In this document: positions 56,777 through 64,000 of the stretch, piece by piece
How the letters are laid out: each line of letters starts with the position of its first letter
Numbering within the stretch: position 1 is the first letter of the stretch
Source: Coriobacteriaceae bacterium
GTDB lineage: Bacteria; Actinomycetota; Coriobacteriia; Anaerosomatales; SLCP01
NCBI GenBank assembly: GCA_003563465.1
Contig: PWVH01000050.1
Location: forward strand, 753 to 64,752
Length of the DNA: 64,000 bases
Direction: 5' to 3'
Translations under genes and position numbers: made by a program
The notes under the pieces: generated by a model
Databases searched by the model: none
Told to the model about the DNA's origin: nothing
Seen by the model: only the letters and a program-made list of their open reading frames with translations

Positions 56777-58059
56777 GCCAGGCCGCGACGCACGGCCGCG
56801 TTCCAAACCGCTCCAAACACCTCGTTGCCGATCAGCCAGCCCGCCTGAGAGATCTTCCATCGGCCGCCTTCGTGCTCCACCAGGCCCCGCGAAGCAAGCT
56901 CGCCGAGTGTCGCCGACGCTCCGGCAGCATCAGCCAGGTCCTCGTCGATGCCCTCTGTGAGGCGCAGCCCGAGTATTGCGTCCTCGGCAGCAGCCTGATA
57001 CGCAGTCGCGTACTCTACGTTGACAGGCGGGCCTACCGGGTTGCGCAAGAAATCCTCCGTATCGGCTGAACGTCTAAACCTCACCCTTACCGCGCCCACA
57101 GGAGCGGGCTCTATCGTACGCCCCACTCCTGCAACACCCGGCTTATCCCAACACTCCCGCGAAACCCAGGCAGAGAACTCGCTCGCAGGAATCATACTCG
57201 CTGCCGACGGGCCAATCCCGAGAAACGGCCTGCCCGTCCAATAACCGCAGTTGTGAACGCTTTCCTCGCCGGCTCTAGCGTAATTCGCTATCTCGTAGTG
57301 CTCGAACCCGGCTTCTTCAAGCATCTCCTGAGCGATCTCCATCATCTCCGCAGCCAGGTCAGAATCGGGCGCATCCCCTGGCTTCTCCGCAATCCTTGCC
57401 GCGAGTGGGGTCGAACCCTCGACCGTCAGCGGGTACACGCTTACATGACCAACACCCGAATCTATCGCGCACTCCAGGGTTTGCAGCCATGAAGCGCAAT
57501 CCTGGCCCGGAACGCCGCACATCAAATCTACCGAGACTCGAGATTCCGTGGCGATCAGGTCTGCTAGTGCCCTGCGAGCCCGTGCGCCGTCATGGCGGCG
57601 ACCCAGACTAGCTAGAACCCGATCGTCGAATGATTGCACGCCGAGAGAGAAGCGATTCACCCCGCTCTCCGTTAAACGGCTAGCCGCCAACGCGTCCGTC
57701 GTATCGGGATTCGTTTCGACGGTGAGCTCGATCGTGTCGTCCAACCCGGCGCGAGTCCTCAGTCCGTCTATCATAGCTCGAAGCCCCTCACCGAGAATCG
57801 TCGGGGTACCGCCACCTATGTAGACGCTCAGTACATCATCGAGGGCTCCCACGCAAGACCAGTTGACAACGCTCTCGTCCACCGCCCAGCAGAAGTGCTC
57901 CGCGACATCCGTATCCATGTTGCTGGTACCTCGAGGAAGCGAAGTAGAGTAGAAGTCGCAGTAGTCGCACTTCACAAGACAGAACGGCACGTGAACGTAG
58001 AGCGAGACGGGCCCGAATGCCTCTCGCGGAGACTGTGGCGTTTCGCCGAAGTCACTCAT
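56773..58059 (-). CDS. hemW: Radical-SAM heme chaperone HemW (HemN-like, oxygen-independent coproporphyrinogen oxidase family)
   Basis: 428 aa. It has [16 protein letters not shown] (CxxxCxxC) and GGGTPT. It lies between lepA and hrcA. Confidence 0.88.
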   Translation of the reverse strand: MSDFGETPQSPREAFGPVSLYVHVPFCLVKCDYCDFYSTSLPRGTSNMDTDVAEHFCWAVDESVVNWSCVGALDDVLSVYIGGGTPTILGEGLRAMIDGLRTRAGLDDTIELTVETNPDTTDALAASRLTESGVNRFSLGVQSFDDRVLASLGRRHDGARARRALADLIATESRVSVDLMCGVPGQDCASWLQTLECAIDSGVGHVSVYPLTVEGSTPLAARIAEKPGDAPDSDLAAEMMEIAQEMLEEAGFEHYEIANYARAGEESVHNCGYWTGRPFLGIGPSAASMIPASEFSAWVSRECWDKPGVAGVGRTIEPAPVGAVRVRFRRSADTEDFLRNPVGPPVNVEYATAYQAAAEDAILGLRLTEGIDEDLADAAGASATLGELASRGLVEHEGGRWKISQAGWLIGNEVFGAVWNAAVRRGLA

Positions 58060-59860
58060 CGACCTTGAGAATCGCCATGAACGCTTCCTGGGGAATCTCG
58101 ACGTTTCCGACGGACTTCATCCGCTTCTTGCCGGCCTTCTGCCTTTCGAGCAGCTTGCGCTTGCGTGTGACATCGCCGCCGTAACACTTCGCCAGGACGT
58201 CTTTGCGCTTAGCACGCACTGTCTCACGTGCGAGAATCTTGCCACCTATCGCAGCTTGGATGGGTACTTCGAACATCTGTCTGGGGATGATTTCTCTGAG
58301 CTTCTCCGTGATGGCACGCCCGCGATAATAGGCCTTGTCGCGGTGCACGATGACACTCAGAGCGTCGACTGGCTTACCTGCGAGCAGAATATCGAGTTTG
58401 ACAAGCCTGCTGGCCTTGTAGCCGATGTACTCGTAGTCCAAGCTCGCGTACCCGCGCGTGCGGCTCTTCAGTTGGTCGAAGAAGTCCATTATCAATTCGG
58501 ACAGTGGAATCTCGTAGTGAATCTCCACGGTCGTGGCCGAAAGGTACTGCATGTCTTTGAAGGTACCGCGCTTCCCCTCAGCGAGTTCCATCACCGCTCC
58601 CACATAGTCGGGCGGCACGAGCACGGTGGCCTTCAGGTAAGGTTCCTCGATTCGTTCGATCTTGCCGGGATCGGGCATGTCTTGGGGTGAGTGCACAATC
58701 ACCTGTTCCCCGTCGTTAGCGTAGACGTGATATTCGACGCTGGGAGCAGTAGCCAACAGCTCCAGATCGAACTCCCTCTCTAGTCGTTCCTTGATGACCT
58801 CCATGTGGAGTAGGCCGAGGAAACCCACTCGATATCCGAAGCCGAGCGCGTGACTCGACTCTGCTTCGTAGACGAGAGCCGGGTCGTTCAAACTCAGCTT
58901 CTCCAGTGCGTCGCGAAGGTCGGGGTACTGGTCGCCGTCTATCGGGTACAGACCAGTGAACACCATCGGCTTGACTTCGCGATAGCCCGGCAACGGTTTA
59001 GCTGCACCCTGCTTAGCAAGGGTCACTGTGTCTCCCACCTTAACCAGAGCCGGGTCCTTGAGCCCTGTGATCAGGTAGCCGACCTCTCCCACTCCGAGTG
59101 AGTCCACCGGAGTGTTGGCCGGCCGGCGTACGCCGACCTCCTCCACATCGGTGACAGTGTTGGTAGCCATCATTCGAATCCTCAGACCTTTTCTGACACT
59201 CCCATCGATCACACGAATCAGCGCCACGACCCCGCGATAAAGGTCGAAGTACGAGTCGAAGATCAGGGCTTTGAGCGGTGCTTCGGCGTCGCCCGCGGGA
59301 GGCTGGATCCGCGCTATGACCGCTTCCAGCGCATCCCGGACGCCCTCTCCTGTCTTTCCGCTCACCAGGACAGCGTTGTCGGCTGGGATAGCAAGCCCCT
59401 CTTCTATCTCGAGGCGGACCCGCTCGGGATCGGCGGCGGGCAGGTCGATCTTGTTGATCACAGGGATGACTTCGAGTTCGGCGTTAATCGCCATCATGGC
59501 GTTGGCAACCGTCTGGGCCTCCACGCCCTGAGCCGCGTCGACGACGAGCAGGACGCCTTCACACGCCTGAAGCGACCGAGACACCTCGTAGGTGAAATCG
59601 ACGTGACCAGGAGTGTCGATAAGATTTAATTGGTAAGTCTGCCCATCATCGGCAGTGTATAGAACTCGCACCGCCTGGGCCTTTATCGTGATACCGCGCT
59701 CGCGCTCGATGTCCATCGAGTCCAGGACCTGCTCGACCATATCGCGATCGGCCACAGTGTGCGTCAGCTCGAGAATGCGATCGGCGATCGTCGACTTCCC
59801 GTGGTCGATATGCGCGATGATAGAGAAGTTGCGGATGTGGGATGGCTCGCTGCTGCTCAT
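58052..59860 (-). CDS. lepA: Translation elongation factor 4 (LepA)
   Basis: 602 aa. It contains [24 protein letters not shown] and NKID, and has the LepA C-terminal domain. Confidence 0.96.
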   Translation of the reverse strand: MSSSEPSHIRNFSIIAHIDHGKSTIADRILELTHTVADRDMVEQVLDSMDIERERGITIKAQAVRVLYTADDGQTYQLNLIDTPGHVDFTYEVSRSLQACEGVLLVVDAAQGVEAQTVANAMMAINAELEVIPVINKIDLPAADPERVRLEIEEGLAIPADNAVLVSGKTGEGVRDALEAVIARIQPPAGDAEAPLKALIFDSYFDLYRGVVALIRVIDGSVRKGLRIRMMATNTVTDVEEVGVRRPANTPVDSLGVGEVGYLITGLKDPALVKVGDTVTLAKQGAAKPLPGYREVKPMVFTGLYPIDGDQYPDLRDALEKLSLNDPALVYEAESSHALGFGYRVGFLGLLHMEVIKERLEREFDLELLATAPSVEYHVYANDGEQVIVHSPQDMPDPGKIERIEEPYLKATVLVPPDYVGAVMELAEGKRGTFKDMQYLSATTVEIHYEIPLSELIMDFFDQLKSRTRGYASLDYEYIGYKASRLVKLDILLAGKPVDALSVIVHRDKAYYRGRAITEKLREIIPRQMFEVPIQAAIGGKILARETVRAKRKDVLAKCYGGDVTRKRKLLERQKAGKKRMKSVGNVEIPQEAFMAILKVDE

Positions 59861-59910
59861 ATCGGCGAAAGTGTACCAGGCCTAGCCACCCAAGGGCGCA
59901 TGTTTCGGTT

Positions 59911-59940
59911 TTGCCCGCCCTCGATGTGCTGTGCTAGACT
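59911..59940 (+). promoter_or_regulatory. Candidate promoter for rpsT
   Basis: TTGCCC, an 18-nt spacer, then TAGACT. It lies about 65 nt upstream of the rpsT start. Confidence 0.4.
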
Positions 59941-60007
59941 CACCGGGTTCGTGGACACGGCGACATGACGACGGTTACGACACTGGTCCGTGAGAGGAAA
60001 GACATCA

Positions 60008-60274
60008 TTGGCTAACATCAAGAGCCAGAAGAAGCGCGTCCTGACCAACGCCAAGGCGCGCGAGCGCAACATGGCTGTCAAGTCAGAGATCAAGACCGCA
60101 CTCAACAAGACCGAGGCAGCAATCGCCGAGGGCGACGCTGCCGCCGCCGACGAAGCGGCACGACAGGCCGGCCGTCTGCTCGATAGGGCAGTCGCCAAAG
60201 GTGCTATCCATAAGAACCAGGCTGCCAACCGCAAGTCTGGAATCGCCAGGCGCATCGCGCAGATGGACCGCTGA
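60008..60274 (+). CDS. rpsT: 30S ribosomal protein S20
   Basis: The product begins (M)ANIKSQKKRVLTNAKARERN. The TTG at 60008 is preceded by GAGAGGAAAG. The ORF is open from 59990. Confidence 0.92.
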   Translation: MANIKSQKKRVLTNAKARERNMAVKSEIKTALNKTEAAIAEGDAAAADEAARQAGRLLDRAVAKGAIHKNQAANRKSGIARRIAQMDR

Positions 60275-61261
60275 TTACGCCGATTCGCAAGTCTCCAGTA
60301 TCCAACGCTCGAAGGCGAGCCGTGAGTCTCTGCTCGTCTTCATCCTTGTCTCGGTCGAAGCGGCACTGTCCAGGGCATAAACGAGTTCGACTGCACTGAA
60401 TCTCCCTGCTTGCCGATCGAGACGCTTCACCTGCCAGTCTGGCACACCGACCTCACGTGCGACAACTCCTGGCGAGTTCACACCCTCTTTTCGCGCCCGC
60501 AATGCAGAGATGGAAATGAGCTTGCGGATATGGCGCACGCTCATCGCATGGATTCCATGCACCGACTCGCCTTGAGAGAGAAGTGCTTCGAGCATACGCA
60601 GTGCCGAGCGAGCGTCTCGCGAACCAAGAGCGTCGAGAAAATCGAAAACCGATGTGGGTGCAGTGGTAGACACGACATCATCGATATCGTGACGTGAGAG
60701 TGTTGTCTTCGCGGCACCGGTGTAAGAGACGATCTTTTCGGTCTCGATAGCGAGACGGCTGAGATCGTAGCCTACGGCTTGAATCAACCCTTCTGCGGCA
60801 TCGAGGTCAACGGTCTTGCCTCTGTCGGCGAACATCCCTATCACCGTGCGCGGGTACTCCCGTCTGGCCGGGGGCTTGTATTCGGCGACACCTCCGAGTG
60901 CATCGACCGCCTTGTACACCCGCAGGTTCTTAGCCATCTTCGTCGCAACGAGCACAAGAGTGGTGCCAGGGTTAGGATCGCCGGCGTAGTCAGCCAACAA
61001 GTGAAGCCCATCAAGCGGCATCCGATCGGCTCTTCGCACAATCACCAGGCGGCGATCGGACATGAAGGGCAATGTGTTCGCTGCGGTCACCACGTCGGCA
61101 GCATCCGCAGTCTCTCCGTCGAAGACATCCAGATTGAAATCCATGTCTGCAACGGCGGCAAGCCGACCCTTGAGACGGTTCACAGCCTGCTCCAACAGCA
61201 AGTCTTCGGAGCCGTGAATCAAGTAGACGGGCTTGAGGTCTGACAGGTCTGAGACGGTCAT
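60275..61261 (-). CDS. holA: DNA polymerase III delta subunit
   Basis: It begins MTVSDLSDLKPVYLIHGSEDLLLEQAV, a typical HolA N-terminus. The ORF is open to 61357. It lies downstream of comEC, as in Bacillus. Confidence 0.85.
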   Translation of the reverse strand: MTVSDLSDLKPVYLIHGSEDLLLEQAVNRLKGRLAAVADMDFNLDVFDGETADAADVVTAANTLPFMSDRRLVIVRRADRMPLDGLHLLADYAGDPNPGTTLVLVATKMAKNLRVYKAVDALGGVAEYKPPARREYPRTVIGMFADRGKTVDLDAAEGLIQAVGYDLSRLAIETEKIVSYTGAAKTTLSRHDIDDVVSTTAPTSVFDFLDALGSRDARSALRMLEALLSQGESVHGIHAMSVRHIRKLISISALRARKEGVNSPGVVAREVGVPDWQVKRLDRQAGRFSAVELVYALDSAASTETRMKTSRDSRLAFERWILETCESA

Positions 61262-63704
61262 GGACTCCCCATCGTGCCGATACCACAGGGCGAGGACGCC
61301 GGGTGCACGTCGCAGATGAGATTGTCGCACAGGCGACTTCCCTTGAAACATATCCACGCGAAGTTCTCAAGCGAAAACCTCCAGAGCGGATCTCCACTAT
61401 AAGATCTCCGCTTTCATCGGTTCGCGCGATGCGAGAGCCGCTCTCTTCCAGGAGTGCCAACGTCGCCGACGCGGGGTGCCCGTGGTCGTTCGGCTGCCCG
61501 ACACTGATGAGAGCGAGCTTGGGTCGCCACACGTCCAGCGCCTCGGCGGTAAGTCCGTTAACGCTGCCGTGATGCGGGACCTTCAGTACATCGACTCTTC
61601 TCAGAGTCCCATCCCGCTCCATCCCTCGCCACACCGCTTCCTCGGCGTCACCGGTAAGCAACGCCGAAAAGTCTCCTCGGCTCACTTCGAGCACAACACT
61701 CGTGTCGTTGGTCGAAAGTGCCTTATCCGGCCCGCGCGGCCATACCACGTTCAAACGCATGGACCCGACCGACAAGACATCGCCCGACCGAAGAGGTTCG
61801 ATCGCCACCGTGCTCTCTGAGTGCCGAAGTATGCGTGACAAGTAGCGGTCGCATGACGTGAACGCTTCCGAATCGGCGAGCACAGGTCCGAAGACGCGTT
61901 GTACCCGAACAAGTCCAAGCAGCCCACCCAGACCTCCTGTATGATCCGCGTGATCATGAGTGAGAATGACGGCATCCAGCCGTCGGACTCCGTGACGTGT
62001 GAGTGCTGTCCGCAGCACCGTGGGGTCCGGGCCAGTGTCGACCAGAACGGCAGATGCTCGGTCTCGCACAAGGATGGCATCCCCTTGCCCCACGTCCAGA
62101 ACCACAACCACTGGGCCCGTTTGCAGCCCTGGCACAAGTGTGGCCACGAGCAAAAACCCAGCTAACGCGACAGTTACTACTCTGGCTTGGCAGCGAGACT
62201 TGGGCAAAGGCCACCAGGCCCAGATCACTCCCGCGAGCAGGAGGGTCGCCCCTCCTGCGAATGCCGCACTGGCATCTAGGCCGACCGCTGCGCCTGGGAC
62301 CGATGACAGATGCGACGCAAGGGTCGTCACCCAAGCGAGTGGAACGGCTGCTGCGGTAAGCACTACGCCACCGGCTCCTGGAGCGAAGAGTCCCACTGCC
62401 GCGCCACATAGTCCTGCGACAAGACCGACAGTGATCAGCGGAACCGCGATGACGTTCGCTAACGGAGAAACGAGCGAAAGAAGGTTGAACGCCGGAAGTG
62501 CGACCGGAAGTGTAGAGGCCTGTGCGACGATCGTCAGTCCTACGGGCGCTGCTATGACGCTCCTCTTGCGACCCAAAGCATGCTCAACCCAGCGGGTCGC
62601 AAGAGCAGCGAACACCACCAATCCCCCCACAGCGCACACAGACAGCCGGTATCCGAGATCGAACGCGACGTAAGGATCGACAATCAGCATCCCTCCGGCG
62701 GCGATGGCAAGTGCAGAGAGGCCATCGGACCTGCGACCTGATACAGCTGCGACTCCTGCCATCGCTCCCATCACGAGCGCTCGTACCGACGAGGGCTGGA
62801 CGCCGGTCACCACTACGTAGAGCGTGGCCGCTGAGGAGATTACGGCTGCTCGGGTTGCAACCCCACGCTTGGTCGCAGCGGCAATCCGCGCGAACAACAG
62901 CGCTACGATGCCGAGATGGGTTCCGGAGACGGCCAGCAAGTGTGACAGGCCACATATCCGCAAGTTCTCTTCGGCCACGGAACCGCGTATTCTCGTGCGG
63001 TCCCCGATCAAGACCCCCTGGAGGAGGTCGCCCCCAGGACCTTGAACCGAGTCGAGCAGACCGCGTACTCGCGAACGGACCGGTCCGGCTACACCCTGTG
63101 GGGAGCGTGACCATCCCAGCGACACAACAGAGCGTGACCTCAAGCTGCCAATCTCACCGCGACGGTGCGCCCTTCGAGCCCACTCGTCAGACGTATCCAC
63201 AGGGCGGACCGAACCGGTCACCACCAATCGCTCACCGGCTTTTGGCGGAACCGATGTCTCGGGCAACATCACGCGCACGCTCAAAGGACTGCCGTCCCGT
63301 ACCCTCAGAGAGAGTGCCCATCCAGCTCGGCTCTTCTGCGCATCACGCGAGACCACGCCCTCGACCTGCTCTCGGAGGCCTGATGCGCTCCGGTATCCGG
63401 CGTGCCATCCCGACCAGTGTGCCGAGCCGATACAGACTCCGGCAAGAAGGCTCAGTAGCAGGAGTGCGGTTACGGACATTCCGCTGTGACCGGCTCTTCC
63501 TGCACCGGTCTTGCCCTTCAGATAGACCCCTGTCGCTCCGAGCGCTGCTCCCAGCGCAGCGGCCACGGTAACGAGGCGCATATCGAGCGCAGTTCCTTGA
63601 AAGACTCGCCACGAGAGTCCCTCGGCCATTAGAATCCCGCAGAAGAGACCTGCCGCACCCCAAGCGAGAGGAGGTATCGACGGACGTGTCACCTGCTTGC
63701 TCAT
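61011..63704 (-). CDS. comEC: DNA internalisation competence protein ComEC/Rec2 (DUF4131 - competence - metallo-beta-lactamase)
   Basis: 897-aa ORF with a polytopic core and a C-terminal MBL domain (ILTHDHADHTGG, VPHHGS). Homology appears to end near 61352. The last 113 codons are an Arg/Cys-rich tail in an alternate frame of holA. Confidence 0.88.
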   Translation of the reverse strand: MSKQVTRPSIPPLAWGAAGLFCGILMAEGLSWRVFQGTALDMRLVTVAAALGAALGATGVYLKGKTGAGRAGHSGMSVTALLLLSLLAGVCIGSAHWSGWHAGYRSASGLREQVEGVVSRDAQKSRAGWALSLRVRDGSPLSVRVMLPETSVPPKAGERLVVTGSVRPVDTSDEWARRAHRRGEIGSLRSRSVVSLGWSRSPQGVAGPVRSRVRGLLDSVQGPGGDLLQGVLIGDRTRIRGSVAEENLRICGLSHLLAVSGTHLGIVALLFARIAAATKRGVATRAAVISSAATLYVVVTGVQPSSVRALVMGAMAGVAAVSGRRSDGLSALAIAAGGMLIVDPYVAFDLGYRLSVCAVGGLVVFAALATRWVEHALGRKRSVIAAPVGLTIVAQASTLPVALPAFNLLSLVSPLANVIAVPLITVGLVAGLCGAAVGLFAPGAGGVVLTAAAVPLAWVTTLASHLSSVPGAAVGLDASAAFAGGATLLLAGVIWAWWPLPKSRCQARVVTVALAGFLLVATLVPGLQTGPVVVVLDVGQGDAILVRDRASAVLVDTGPDPTVLRTALTRHGVRRLDAVILTHDHADHTGGLGGLLGLVRVQRVFGPVLADSEAFTSCDRYLSRILRHSESTVAIEPLRSGDVLSVGSMRLNVVWPRGPDKALSTNDTSVVLEVSRGDFSALLTGDAEEAVWRGMERDGTLRRVDVLKVPHHGSVNGLTAEALDVWRPKLALISVGQPNDHGHPASATLALLEESGSRIARTDESGDLIVEIRSGGFRLRTSRGYVSREVACATISSATCTRRPRPVVSARWGVHDRLRPVRPQARLLDSRLRRLAVGAGCEPSQGSACRRCRHGFQSGCLRRRDCGCCRRGDRSEHIALHVRSPPGDCAKSRSDAA

Positions 63705-64000
63705 CGGACCGTGATGAGATCGCGTATCGCCTCGAACTTCTTCTCGCCTATCCCTGTGACGCGCATGATGTCTTCAGGACTGGTGAACGGGCCGTTGGTT
63801 TCGCGATCGGTGACGATCTTGTCCGCTGTGGCTGGACCTACTCCGGGCAGCGCTACCAGCTCTGAAGCGCTGGCTGTGTTGATGTCGATGCTTGTCCCGT
63901 TCGCACTTTCGCCTCCGGCCGACGCTTGTCCCTCGACACCCGCCCCAGATATGCTGCCGACCGCCACTTCCTCTGCCGTAGGAACGTAGACCTGCTCGCC
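63701..64000 (-). CDS. comEA: Competence protein ComEA (helix-hairpin-helix DNA-binding), 5' end outside window
   Basis: The frame is open to the window edge (…GEQVYVPTAEE…). The C-terminus is IDINTASASELVALPGVGPATADKIV...ITGIGEKKFEAI, which gives two HhH motifs. Confidence 0.88.
   Translation of the reverse strand, partial: GEQVYVPTAEEVAVGSISGAGVEGQASAGGESANGTSIDINTASASELVALPGVGPATADKIVTDRETNGPFTSPEDIMRVTGIGEKKFEAIRDLITVR

Noticed and set aside
61262-61357. 32-codon N-terminal extension of holA (GTG at 61357)
   Set aside because: The translation (DMFQGKSPVRQSHLRRAPGVLALWYRHDGES) looks non-coding. The conserved HolA N-terminus begins at the Met at 61261.
1-64000. Search for CRISPR arrays, transposases/integrases, prophage, toxin-antitoxin or defence islands, and rRNA
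   Set aside because: I saw no repeat-spacer pattern, no recombinase or transposase-like ORFs and no rRNA-like segments. Every substantial ORF is accounted for by housekeeping functions, so the window is core genome rather than an accessory island.

Overview
High-GC (about 60%+) bacterial chromosomal segment. It is almost entirely housekeeping, and all but two CDS lie on the minus strand, many joined by ATGA/GTGA/TTGA overlaps. No CRISPR array, transposase, integrase or rRNA was seen. Gene order, read along the minus strand from high to low coordinates: comEA-comEC-holA (rpsT opposite), lepA-hemW-hrcA-dnaJ-rsmE-mtaB-phoH-pgpH-ybeY-dgkA/PAP2-CNNM-cdd-era-deoC-recO-ycxB-like-glyQ-glyS-PDRP-ppdK-dgt-hppA-dnaG-rpoD, three tRNAs (Asn, Met, Val), a PASTA-amidase, two tandem UDP-GlcNAc 2-epimerase paralogs, galE, a small lipoprotein, a disulfide oxidoreductase (+ strand), an ABC-F ATPase, an 11-gene nuoABCDHIJKLMN operon, then deoB-pdp, a DHH-CBS-CCA fusion, an M50 protease, trpS and scpAB. 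The synteny mixes Bacillus-type and actinobacterial-type arrangements, which suggests a deep-branching high-GC Gram-positive lineage (inference only). The most unusual item is in the nuo operon. It lacks the NADH-oxidising nuoE/F/G genes, and its nuoI is a 667-codon ORF in which NuoI is split by an inserted module of about 490 aa. That module resembles GltD/NfnB/SudA flavoproteins, with Fe-S, FAD and NAD(P)H motifs. I propose it is a built-in alternative electron-input module. Other notable items are a DgkA-PAP2 fusion, a degenerate WecB paralog, a Cys-cluster TrpRS, a stop-less comEC tail overlapping holA, a CIRCE operator and a Rex-like AT-rich palindrome upstream of nuoA. All calls rest on the ORF translations, motifs recalled from memory and hand inspection; no database search was run.
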